Below are positions 34,144 to 42,690 of a stretch of 53,473 bases of DNA, in pieces (within the stretch, counting starts at the first letter, position 1; every line of letters begins with the position of its first letter). The notes under the pieces are model-generated. The model made no database searches and was not told where the DNA came from. It saw only the letters and a program-made list of their open reading frames with translations. The position numbers and the translations under genes were made by a program. The stretch lies in NCBI GenBank assembly GCA_044345075.1, contig JBIJBU010000002.1, positions 1-53,473 of the forward strand. The letters run 5' to 3'. The stretch is from Candidatus Nanopelagicales bacterium (GTDB taxonomy: Bacteria > Actinomycetota > Actinomycetes > S36-B12).

Positions 34144-35106
34144 ATGCGCCTCAAGCCCGTAGTCGCCCCCGTAGTTATCGCACTGACCGCATTGTCTGTC
34201 GCGATTACCGCGCTGAGCGCGCCGGCTCAGGCGGCGCCTATCGACCCCACGATTCCCGCCGCGATCACTCAGACCTATGACGGCCGCGACCTGCGGATTC
34301 GTAAGGACCTTGGCGGAAACTCTGCCTACACACGGCATGCGATTACCTATAAGAGCGGTGACCTCACCATCTCGGGGATCATGAATAAGCCGCGCGGAAA
34401 GGGACCCTTCCCCGTGGTCGTCTTGGCCCACGGGTACATCGACCCCAAGGTCTATGTGACCGGGCAAGGTTTCCGGCGCGAGCAAGACTGGTTAGCCCGC
34501 AACGGCTACGTAGCCCTGCATATCGACTACCGCAATCACGCGAGCTCCGACAAGGATCCGCAGGCTGACCTGAGCATGCGCCTGGGCTACGCCGAGGATG
34601 TCATCAATGCCGGCCTGGCCGTACGCGAGTCAAAGCTCCCCTTTATCGACACCAACCGTCTCGCACTGCTCGGACGTTCCATGGGCGGTGGTGTGGCCTT
34701 CCAGGCCCTCGTGATCAAGCCGGGCGTCTATGACGCTGCCATCACATACGCCGCAACCAGCTCGGACACTGTCGATAACTTCAACAAGTGGCAGCGCTAC
34801 GACAGTGCATTGGGCAAGAGGATCATCGCCCAGTACGGGAGCCCGGAGAAAGAACCAGAGTTCTGGCGCGAGATGTCCGCGCGCAACTACTTCTCCCGCG
34901 TCACCGAGCCGATCCTGATGTTCCACGGGACCAATGACGACAGCTGCTCTATCTCGTGGGCACGTGCAACCGATGACGCCCTCACTCGCGCCGGCAAAGA
35001 CGCCACGCTCGTGGAATACAAGGGTGCTGGACACTACTTCTATGGCCCCTGGACTGACTCGATCAGACGAGTGGACCGGTTTCTGGCCAAGCATCTAGGC
35101 GGCTAA
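34144..35106 (+). CDS. secreted alpha/beta hydrolase (S9 prolyl-oligopeptidase / dienelactone-hydrolase-like)
   Basis: Signal peptide MRLKPVVAPVVIALTALSVAITALSAPAQA, nucleophile GRSMGGG, C-terminal FHGTNDD and GAGHYF. The track start is GTG 34126. Confidence 0.75.
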   Translation: MRLKPVVAPVVIALTALSVAITALSAPAQAAPIDPTIPAAITQTYDGRDLRIRKDLGGNSAYTRHAITYKSGDLTISGIMNKPRGKGPFPVVVLAHGYIDPKVYVTGQGFRREQDWLARNGYVALHIDYRNHASSDKDPQADLSMRLGYAEDVINAGLAVRESKLPFIDTNRLALLGRSMGGGVAFQALVIKPGVYDAAITYAATSSDTVDNFNKWQRYDSALGKRIIAQYGSPEKEPEFWREMSARNYFSRVTEPILMFHGTNDDSCSISWARATDDALTRAGKDATLVEYKGAGHYFYGPWTDSIRRVDRFLAKHLGG

Positions 35107-35271
35107 AAGCGAGCTCCGCCAAGGTTCACGAATGTGACCGATGCGAGGTTTACGTCCATCCCGTGGGAGGCTGCCCGTTTAGGGGACGCCTCGGAACTTC
35201 TCCGCCTAGTCTCCTGAATATCGATCGCAGCGCCCCTCACCAGGCCTGCCACCTTCTTGGAGGCCGTGCAC

Positions 35272-36297
35272 ATGCGCCGTTGGACCCCCGTAATCATCGC
35301 CGGCATCGGCGTGAGCCTGCTGGTCTTCCCGAGCAGCATCGCCCATGCCGACGACGCAGATGTGCAGAGCTCGGCAGCTCGCGAGCCCGTCGCTGTCTCC
35401 GTTCCGATTCGGACGATCAACACGCCCGATCGCACCGGCCAGAACGGCATCCTGGAAATTCAGGTAGGCAGGGCGGCCCCCATCTCAGTCATGGTCGACA
35501 CCGGCATCATCGGACTCGTTCTCTTCGAGAAGCCGACTTCTGCTCGAGCCACGGGCAAGCAGGCCACCACCGTTGTGGAAGGTAACAAGCTGCCGGGCGC
35601 CCTCTTCTCCGCACCGGTCACCATCGGCGGAGTCACCACGACAGCGCCCGTCGCGATTCAGTATGTGAACACCGGCAGCTCGTACATCAGGCAATGGACC
35701 AATCGCGGCATCTCGGGGATCATCGGCCTCGGCGACGGCGACGGCGGTTCCATGACCAACATCCTGAAATCGATGCCCGGCACCCTCGGTCTTCGCTGGA
35801 GCCTGCACTTCGAGCGCACCGCCACCTCGCGCTCGGCTCGACAAGGCGCACTCGTTCTCGGCGCGGAACCCCCGGTCAGCCCCATCATGCATTTCCAGCT
35901 TCCGTACCTGGGCGTCGACGTGAACGGTGCTCGGATGTGGAATGACCACGCAGCGCCGGGATGCTGGAAGTTCGGCACCGTGCCTGAGCAATGCGTGCCC
36001 ACCTGGTTCGACTCCGGCTTCACTGTGATGCGCGTGGTCGGACGCAACTTCTGGCGAGTGCCGAAGACCCCGACCGACTTGCTTCGATCCGGAACTAGGG
36101 TCAAGTTCGCCGCGGGCTCAAGCGCCTTCTACGGTCACGAGTTCATTGCCGGGCGGCAGGGATCACGCAACTTGGCTCGCGTGATCACCAAGGGCTCGCC
36201 GACGGTGAACACAGGCAATTCCTTCTACTTCGACTACACGCTCACCTACGACCAGGTTCTGGGCACCATTTCGCTCAGTGACACGAAGGGCAACTAA
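35272..36297 (+). CDS. secreted pepsin-like (two-lobed DTG/DSG) aspartic peptidase homologue
   Basis: Signal peptide MRRWTPVIIAGIGVSLLVFPSSIAHA. Lobe 1 VMVDTGIIGL, SGIIGLGDG (cf pepsin GILGLA), lobe 2 TWFDSGFTVM, and C-terminal NSFYFDYTLTYDQVLGTISL. GGAGG RBS lies 8 nt before ATG 35272. Confidence 0.65.
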   Translation: MRRWTPVIIAGIGVSLLVFPSSIAHADDADVQSSAAREPVAVSVPIRTINTPDRTGQNGILEIQVGRAAPISVMVDTGIIGLVLFEKPTSARATGKQATTVVEGNKLPGALFSAPVTIGGVTTTAPVAIQYVNTGSSYIRQWTNRGISGIIGLGDGDGGSMTNILKSMPGTLGLRWSLHFERTATSRSARQGALVLGAEPPVSPIMHFQLPYLGVDVNGARMWNDHAAPGCWKFGTVPEQCVPTWFDSGFTVMRVVGRNFWRVPKTPTDLLRSGTRVKFAAGSSAFYGHEFIAGRQGSRNLARVITKGSPTVNTGNSFYFDYTLTYDQVLGTISLSDTKGN

Positions 36298-36301
36298 CGC
36301 C

Positions 36302-38266
36302 ATGACCGAGAACACCGAACCCACTGACGGCCTCAGCCGTCGCCGCCTTCTCCAGAATGCCGGCGTTGCCACTGTTGCGGTAGCCGGACTTGCCGCAGCG
36401 AGTGGAGCCAGCGTCAACGCTGCCCCGATGCCGAAGTTCAAGCCGCGCGGCCGCCTGCGCAAGCGCCCTAACTTCCTCATCATCATGATGGACGAGCAGC
36501 GTGCAGCTCCGTTCTACGAGAGCCCCGAGTTGCAGGCCTGGCGAATGAGCAACCTGCCAACTCAGAACTTCCTGCGTCGCAATGCCGTCGAGTTCACCAA
36601 TCACCACATCATGTCGACCGCCTGCCAACCGAGCCGCGCCTCGATCTACACCGGTCAGTACCCGTCCCTTCACGGTGTCGCACAGACTTCCGGCGCAGCC
36701 AAGCGTGCGATTGAAGAAGATCTCTTCTGGCTCGATCCGACCACCGTTCCCACCCTCGGAAACTGGTTCCGCGCCGCGGGTTACGACACTTACTGGAAGG
36801 GCAAGTGGCATATCTCCGATGCCGATCTCTACCAGGCGGGCACTTACAACCCGCTCCCTTCGTACAACGACATGGGCGGACGCGACCCATACCTTGAGGA
36901 GATCTACCTCGAGTCCGAGCGCCTTGACCGATTCGGATTCACGGGCTTCATCGGCCCGGAGCCGCATGGCAGCAATCCGCTGAATTCAGGCTCCTCGGGA
37001 CCCAATGGCCGCGGCCGCGACGAGGTCTACGCCGACCTGAATGTCGAGCAGCTTCAGAAACTGCGCCGCTCGAATAAGCCCTGGCTGCTTGTTGCCTCAT
37101 TCGTGAACCCGCATGACATCACCTTGTGGGGTGACCTCACCGTCGCCTCGGACCTTGCCGGAAACCCGGGCTCGTTCTACCTGGCCCAGCAACTGGCCGG
37201 CTCGAATGTGCCCCGCAACCTGTTCGGTCCCGCCTACGACCAGTCGTCGACGGAGAGCTTGAGCACCAAGCCCGCAGCCCAAGCGAGTTACGTCGCGCAG
37301 TACCCGCAGGGGTTTCAGCCGCACGGGAATGAAAGCGCTTATCACCGGTTCTACTACCAACTGCAGAAGAACGTCGATGAACAGATCGGCAAGGTGGTCG
37401 ACACACTGACCGAGGATCGCGAGCAATACCGCGACACGATCGTCATTTACCTCTCCGACCACGGAGAGCTCCTCGGCGCTCACGGTGGCATGTTCCAGAA
37501 GTGGCACAACGCCTACGACGAGATGCTCAAGGTTCCGTTCATGTTCCACAATCCCGAGCTATTCCCGCGGTACGAGACCAGCGATGTGCTGACCAGCCAC
37601 GCGGATCTGCTCCCCACCATGCTCGGGCTGGCCGGACTCGACGAGATGGCCCTAGCCAAGCAGTTGCGCCAGAGTCACACGCAGGTGCGCAGGCTCGTGG
37701 GCCAGGATCTCTCGGGCTACTTGCTCGGTGAGCATGACGAGGCCAAGCTCGATAAGCCTGTGTACTTCATGACCGACGACCAGATTTTCAAGGGCGCGAA
37801 CGCGGTCTCATTTACCGGCCTGCCGTACCTGCCGGTCGACGAACCCAATTGCGTCGAGACGGTTGTGGCGTACCTGCCCACCGGCCCGGCCGGAGCGAAG
37901 CAACGGTGGAAGTACTCTCGCTACTGGGATAACCCCGCCACCTGGTCGTCACCGAACGTGCAGGACGTCCAGACCATCGTGCTCGGATTGGTCAATGCAC
38001 CCGGCACGAAGGTAGCCAAGACCGTAGTGAAGGCACCTAATCCGACCAACGGGCAGGTTGCTCCCCCGGCCGATCAGTTCGAGATGTACAACGCCACGGT
38101 GGATCCGGCAGAGCTCAGCAACCTCTACGGGAATGCGGCCTATGCAGACACACAGGCCGTCATGTCCAAGCTGCTCGATCAGCAGCGCGCGGCCAAGCGA
38201 CTGAGCCCGACCATGCAGCCCTGGGCCGACGGAACCATGCAGCAGTTCCCGTTTACCCCGAACTAG
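36302..38266 (+). CDS. Tat-exported Cys-type sulfatase
   Basis: Twin-arginine signal GLSRRRLLQNAGVATVAVAGLAAASGASVNA. NFLIIMMDEQR, formylglycine motif TACQPSRASIYTG (CxPxR), YLSDHGE. It starts 4 nt after the peptidase stop. Confidence 0.88.
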   Translation: MTENTEPTDGLSRRRLLQNAGVATVAVAGLAAASGASVNAAPMPKFKPRGRLRKRPNFLIIMMDEQRAAPFYESPELQAWRMSNLPTQNFLRRNAVEFTNHHIMSTACQPSRASIYTGQYPSLHGVAQTSGAAKRAIEEDLFWLDPTTVPTLGNWFRAAGYDTYWKGKWHISDADLYQAGTYNPLPSYNDMGGRDPYLEEIYLESERLDRFGFTGFIGPEPHGSNPLNSGSSGPNGRGRDEVYADLNVEQLQKLRRSNKPWLLVASFVNPHDITLWGDLTVASDLAGNPGSFYLAQQLAGSNVPRNLFGPAYDQSSTESLSTKPAAQASYVAQYPQGFQPHGNESAYHRFYYQLQKNVDEQIGKVVDTLTEDREQYRDTIVIYLSDHGELLGAHGGMFQKWHNAYDEMLKVPFMFHNPELFPRYETSDVLTSHADLLPTMLGLAGLDEMALAKQLRQSHTQVRRLVGQDLSGYLLGEHDEAKLDKPVYFMTDDQIFKGANAVSFTGLPYLPVDEPNCVETVVAYLPTGPAGAKQRWKYSRYWDNPATWSSPNVQDVQTIVLGLVNAPGTKVAKTVVKAPNPTNGQVAPPADQFEMYNATVDPAELSNLYGNAAYADTQAVMSKLLDQQRAAKRLSPTMQPWADGTMQQFPFTPN

Positions 38267-38278
38267 TCGCTCTTGTCA

Positions 38279-38316
38279 GTACTGAAGGCCATCTCCTCGG
38301 AGGTGGCCTTCAGTAC
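38279..38316. terminator. strong hairpin (16-18 bp stem) after the sulfatase gene
   Basis: GTACTGAAGGCCATCTCC-TC-GGAGGTGGCCTTCAGTAC (one G.U). There is no T-tract on either side. Confidence 0.5.
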
Positions 38317-38340
38317 GTTCGGGGCAGATAAGGTTGCCCC

Positions 38341-38868
38341 GTGACCCGCCCGACCCACTTCACCGGCAGCTCGCGCCTGATGCGCGGAGCTGCCCTGGGT
38401 GTCGCCGCGGTCCTGATCACGCTCCTCGGCCACTCGGGCGGCCACGGCGAACTCCCTGAGCCGGCCCTGCTGGTCCTGCTTCTCCCCCTCGCCCTTGCCC
38501 TCGGCACCCTCGTGGCACAGAAGCGCCGCTCGGGCGTCTGGATCCTCGGATTCGTCCTGGCCTTGCAGGTTCTGTTCCACATCCTCCTCACCATCGCCGC
38601 GGGCCACGCGCATCAGCGCGGCTTCCTGCCCGACACCTCAATGCTGCTCGGCCACCTGATCGCTGCCATTGCGATCGCGGGTGTACTTACACACGGCGAT
38701 GCACTCGTTCACCGCTGGATCGCCTTCTGGCAGGCCCTCGCGATCGAGCTTGGGTGGACCCCTGCACCGCAGGCTGCAGGTTCAGCACCCGCCTTTTTCG
38801 AGCCGCACATCTCAGGCTCCGCAGTTCTTGGGCACGCCATCGCACGCCGAGGGCCACCTACCTCCTGA
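38341..38868 (+). CDS. hypothetical His-rich polytopic membrane protein
   Basis: 175 aa, GTG start, about 4 TM helices carrying LLGHSGGHG, FHILLTIAAGHAH and LLGHLIAAIAIAGVLTHGDALVH. No family recognised. Confidence 0.5.
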   Translation: MTRPTHFTGSSRLMRGAALGVAAVLITLLGHSGGHGELPEPALLVLLLPLALALGTLVAQKRRSGVWILGFVLALQVLFHILLTIAAGHAHQRGFLPDTSMLLGHLIAAIAIAGVLTHGDALVHRWIAFWQALAIELGWTPAPQAAGSAPAFFEPHISGSAVLGHAIARRGPPTS

Positions 38869-38954
38869 TGTCACCAGTCGCAGCGCAGCGCGCTCGCGAC
38901 CTCTTTTCGCGTGCTCGGCACGCATTCACCTTCAGACATCCAAGGAGTAATTCA

Positions 38955-39713
38955 ATGAACGTTCGTATTTCTCGCGCCCAGGCCCTTCTCGCCGCCGGCG
39001 CTCTCACCGCAACATCCGTGATCACCGTGGTCGGCGCATCCTCGGCCAGTGCTCACATGGGTGTCGAGCTTCGCGGCTCGACTCCCACCGCGGGCAGCAG
39101 CAGCACGATTTTGTTCCGCCCGGGCCACGGCTGCGATGGCGATGCCACCAATGCCCTGAGCATCGAGATCCCAGCAGGAGTCACCGGAGTCAAGGCTCAG
39201 CCCAAGGCCGGCTGGAAGCTCAGCACCAGCAACAACGGCAACACGATCACCTGGTCGGGTGGCAATCTTCCCGACGACCAGATCGACGAGTTCGGCATCC
39301 GCATGACGTGGCCGAAGGCCGCAGCAGGCTCGGCCGCACAGAAGTACTACTTCAAGGCGGTGCAGACCTGCAACGCCGAGTTGAAAGTCGCGACCAAGGG
39401 TGCCAACGCCACGATCACGGGCTTCCTGCCCGCATTCGCCGGCCAGAAGGTCGCTCTCTTCGTCGGCGATACCCCGCTGACGGTGCGCGACGTCACGGTT
39501 GGCGCTGACGGCAAGTTCAGCGTCTCTACCAAGGCAGTTAAGGTCCCCGCCGACGCCGAGGTCTTTGCCAAGATTGACGGCCGCCTGGTGGGTACCTCGA
39601 AGGCCGGCGCAGACAATTGGATCGAGATCCCGACCGCGGGCTCGACCGCAAAGCTGGCCAGCCCGGCACCCGTGGTCACCGTGGTGGCTCCCGCTGCAGC
39701 AACGGCTAGCTGA
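38955..39713 (+). CDS. ycnI: YcnI (DUF1775) family copper-binding protein with internal insertion
   Basis: AAGGAG RBS. The signal peptide ends ASA|H, giving an N-terminal His on the mature protein. LFRPGHGCDG, PKAGWK, ITWSGG, FKAVQTC...WIEIP...SPAPVVTV. Start trimmed from the track ORF (38754). Confidence 0.8.
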   Translation: MNVRISRAQALLAAGALTATSVITVVGASSASAHMGVELRGSTPTAGSSSTILFRPGHGCDGDATNALSIEIPAGVTGVKAQPKAGWKLSTSNNGNTITWSGGNLPDDQIDEFGIRMTWPKAAAGSAAQKYYFKAVQTCNAELKVATKGANATITGFLPAFAGQKVALFVGDTPLTVRDVTVGADGKFSVSTKAVKVPADAEVFAKIDGRLVGTSKAGADNWIEIPTAGSTAKLASPAPVVTVVAPAAATAS

Positions 39714-39718
39714 CACTG

Positions 39719-40369
39719 ATGCGCAAGGCCTTCATGGCCGCAGTGCTGGGCTCACTTCTCATGCTGGTGAGCCCAGCACCTGCGTACGCCCATGCCGATT
39801 TCATCCGCAGTGCGCCGGCTAACGGCAGCACCGTGGCCAAGGCGCCTTCGTCCATTCGCATCACGTTCAATGAACCAGTGACCATCGACTCGGCGAAGAT
39901 CTTGGACGCCAGTGGATCCACCGTGCCCTCGAGTTCCGCGATGAACGGTGCGGTCTTGACCCTTACTCCGACGTCACCACTTCGTGGCGGCATCACGACC
40001 GCGGAATTCTCGGTGACCTCTGATGACGGGCATCAGGTTGATGGCGCGATCGCCTTCATCATCGGAAAGCCAGGTGCCCGCGGACCTGCTCAGTCGGTCG
40101 TCACCTCCCCCTCCGTCGCCACTCGCCTCAATGGATCACGACCGGGTTCCCTCACCCTCACCTTCGCGAACAAGGCTGCATCGGGTGAGGTGATCTGGAC
40201 CTCGCCCGACTTCGACGGATCACTGTCCTGGCCGGTGCGCGACCGAGGCAAGGCCTCCGAATCCAACGGCGTGCTCCCCTTCCCAGGCGCATGGACGATG
40301 CGGGCCACCTTGGTCAGCGCAAAGGGCTCGGTAGTGATCACTTCCGGAACTGCGACACTTAACCCATGA
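39719..40369 (+). CDS. copC: CopC-domain protein with extra C-terminal beta-rich domain
   Basis: The signal peptide ends AYA|H. HADFIRSAPANGSTVAKAPSSIRITFNEPV... EFSVTSDDGHQVDGAIAFIIG. Confidence 0.8.
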   Translation: MRKAFMAAVLGSLLMLVSPAPAYAHADFIRSAPANGSTVAKAPSSIRITFNEPVTIDSAKILDASGSTVPSSSAMNGAVLTLTPTSPLRGGITTAEFSVTSDDGHQVDGAIAFIIGKPGARGPAQSVVTSPSVATRLNGSRPGSLTLTFANKAASGEVIWTSPDFDGSLSWPVRDRGKASESNGVLPFPGAWTMRATLVSAKGSVVITSGTATLNP

Positions 40370-40392
40370 CCGTCAGTCGAATTGGAGCAGTA

Positions 40393-40986
40393 ATGACCTC
40401 CCGTATCCTCAAGCGAACAGTGGCGATCCTGGCGGTGTCCACCGCGATGTGGGCATTCGGTGTAACAACCGCCTCCGCTCACTCCGGGCTCGAGTCGTCC
40501 AACCCGGCAGACGGCTCCGTTGTCACCGAGGCGCCGGCAGCCATCACGCTCACCTTCAATGAACCATTGCTTGATGATGCTGACTCCATCTCGCTCAACG
40601 CGGCCGACGGCACCAACATCACCAGCGCCAAGGTCCAGCCCAATGGCAGTTCGATCGAGTTGCCGTGGCCTGCCGATCTGCCTGCAGGTGAGTATCAGGC
40701 TGCGTTCCGGGTGGTCTCGGCCGACGGTCACCCTGTGACCGGTGCGATCAGCTTCACCTACGCACCCGCTGAGTCGGCCGCTTCACCTCCGGCCAGCGAC
40801 TCAGCCGCCAGCGAGGTAGCGACGGCAGAGTCCAGTGCAACGCCGGTGGCCATCGATGAGCCGATCTCGGATACGACAGAGCCCGAGTCCACGGGTGGTA
40901 CCCCGTGGCTCGGGCTCGGTATCGGAGTCGCTATCGGACTCGTCTTGGTCGTGCTCTTCGCCGCAATGCGGCGCAAGCGTTCTTAA
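40393..40986 (+). CDS. copC: CopC-domain protein with low-complexity linker and C-terminal TM anchor
   Basis: The signal peptide ends ASA|H. HSGLESSNPADGSVVTEAPAAITLTFNEPL... FRVVSADGHPVTGAISFTY, and the tail WLGLGIGVAIGLVLVVLFAAMRRKRS. ATG 40366 is an alternative start. Confidence 0.8.
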   Translation: MTSRILKRTVAILAVSTAMWAFGVTTASAHSGLESSNPADGSVVTEAPAAITLTFNEPLLDDADSISLNAADGTNITSAKVQPNGSSIELPWPADLPAGEYQAAFRVVSADGHPVTGAISFTYAPAESAASPPASDSAASEVATAESSATPVAIDEPISDTTEPESTGGTPWLGLGIGVAIGLVLVVLFAAMRRKRS

Positions 40987-40989
40987 GGA

Positions 40990-41481
40990 CTAGCCCTTGA
41001 GCGAGGTCAGCACGCAGTCGGCGGTGCTGGCCTCGACCTTGAAACCACCCTCCTCGGGCATAAAGGCGGTGACGACACCGTTGTCGATCACCATGGCGTA
41101 GCGCTGCGAGCGGGTGCCTAGTCCAAAGCCACTCGCGTCGACCTCCATGCCGATGGCCTTGGTGAAGTCTGCTGCGGGATCAGCGACCATGGTGATCGAG
41201 TCGCCGACGCCCTGCACTGTGCCCCAAGCGTCCATGACGAATGCATCGTTGACGCCGATGCACACGATGGAGTCGACGCCGTTGGCCGATATCTCAGCTG
41301 CCTGGGAGACAAAGCCCGGCAGATGCTGCTTGGAGCAGCCGGGAGTGAAGGCGCCGGGAACGGCGAAGAGCACGACTCGACCTGAGCCAAGAACCTCGGT
41401 GCTCGGGATGACGGCCTGTGCGCCCTCGCGGATCACTCGGACGTCAACCTCGGGGATGCGATCGCCAACTGCGATGGTCAT
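40990..41481 (-). CDS. peroxiredoxin, Prx5-like subfamily
   Basis: VVLFAVPGAFTPGCS peroxidatic Cys context, 163 aa. Confidence 0.85.
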   Translation of the reverse strand: MTIAVGDRIPEVDVRVIREGAQAVIPSTEVLGSGRVVLFAVPGAFTPGCSKQHLPGFVSQAAEISANGVDSIVCIGVNDAFVMDAWGTVQGVGDSITMVADPAADFTKAIGMEVDASGFGLGTRSQRYAMVIDNGVVTAFMPEEGGFKVEASTADCVLTSLKG

Positions 41482-41550
41482 GAATACTCCAAATATCGGG
41501 GGTGTGAGATCCCGACTTTATCCGCCCGGCCCCCGGGCCGCATCAGCGGC

Positions 41551-42411
41551 TCAGCGACTGCCTTCGACTGATCCCGGCTCATCACCGATCGCCACGGGCA
41601 CGCCCACCAGTGAGCCGTACTCCGTCCAGGATCCGTCGTAATTGCGGACATCGGCCCAGCCCAGCAGTTCATGCAGCACGAACCAGGTGTAGGCAGAGCG
41701 TTCGCCGATCCGGCAATACGCCACCGTCACTCGCTCCGGCGTGATGCCGGCCTCGGCATAGATGCGCTCGAGCTCATCGTTGTCCTTGAAGGTGCCGTCA
41801 TTGTTTGCCGCAAGATTCCACGGCACGTTGATGGCCGTTGGGATGTGACCCGGGCGATACGACTGCTCCTGGGGCAGATGCGTGGGGGCGAGCATTGCAC
41901 CGGAGTACTCATCGGGTGAGCGCACATCGATGAGCTGCAGGCTGCCGAGTCCGGCGATGATCTCGTCACGACGAGCACGATGACTGGAGTTCTCTGCCGG
42001 TACCGGGTAGTCGGTGCGCTCTATCGCCGGTGCATCCTTGACGAGTTCGCGACCGTCGAGTTCCCACTTCTTGCGCCCACCATCAAGAAGCTTCACATCG
42101 CGGTGGCCGTACATGGTGAAGTACCAGAGTGAATAGGCGGCAAACCAGTTGTTATTGGCCGCATACAGAACGACTGTCGACTCCGGCTTCACGCCAAGCG
42201 TGGACATGAGTTCAGCGAACTGCACGGGGCTGATGACGTCGCGGCGCACAGGATCCTGGAGATCGCGGCGCCAGTCGAGGCTCACCGCACCCTTGATGTG
42301 CCCCTCGGCATACATTTCGATGTCTTCATCGGCCTCGATAAGAACGACATTCGGATCATCAAGATGCTCAGCGACCCAGGCGGTGCTGACCAGGACCTCA
42401 GAGCGAGCCAT
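41551..42411 (-). CDS. thiosulfate/3-mercaptopyruvate sulfurtransferase (tandem rhodanese)
   Basis: Two rhodanese domains with the active-site loop YCRIGERS. Confidence 0.85.
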   Translation of the reverse strand: MARSEVLVSTAWVAEHLDDPNVVLIEADEDIEMYAEGHIKGAVSLDWRRDLQDPVRRDVISPVQFAELMSTLGVKPESTVVLYAANNNWFAAYSLWYFTMYGHRDVKLLDGGRKKWELDGRELVKDAPAIERTDYPVPAENSSHRARRDEIIAGLGSLQLIDVRSPDEYSGAMLAPTHLPQEQSYRPGHIPTAINVPWNLAANNDGTFKDNDELERIYAEAGITPERVTVAYCRIGERSAYTWFVLHELLGWADVRNYDGSWTEYGSLVGVPVAIGDEPGSVEGSR

Positions 42412-42414
42412 GGA

Positions 42415-42690
42415 TCAGCCTCCGGCGACTGCGGGAATGATCGAGAGGTTCGCACCGTCGGCGATCGGAGTAGCCAGACCATCGAGGAAGCGGACATCGT
42501 CGTCATTGACGTAGATATTCACGAAGCGGCGGAGCGCGCCATTGTCATCGAGCACGCGCGCAGCGATGCCCGCGTACTGAGCATCAAGGCTGTCGAGGAT
42601 TTCCTGAAGCGTGGCGCCCTCGGCAGTGACCTCAGCGGCGCCGCCGGTGTAGGTGCGAAGGATGGTGGGGATACGGACCGTTGCGCTCAT
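42415..42690 (-). CDS. MoaD/ThiS-family sulfur-carrier protein ending in Gly-Gly (CysO/MetO-like)
   Basis: 91 aa: VRIPTILRTYTGG...NIYVNDDDVRF...IIPAVAGG*. The start overlaps the ThrC-like stop (ATGA). Confidence 0.85.
   Translation of the reverse strand: MSATVRIPTILRTYTGGAAEVTAEGATLQEILDSLDAQYAGIAARVLDDNGALRRFVNIYVNDDDVRFLDGLATPIADGANLSIIPAVAGG

Noticed and set aside
38952-39716. 254-aa minus-strand ORF
   Set aside because: It is the exact mirror of the YcnI gene, which has an RBS, a signal peptide and family motifs.
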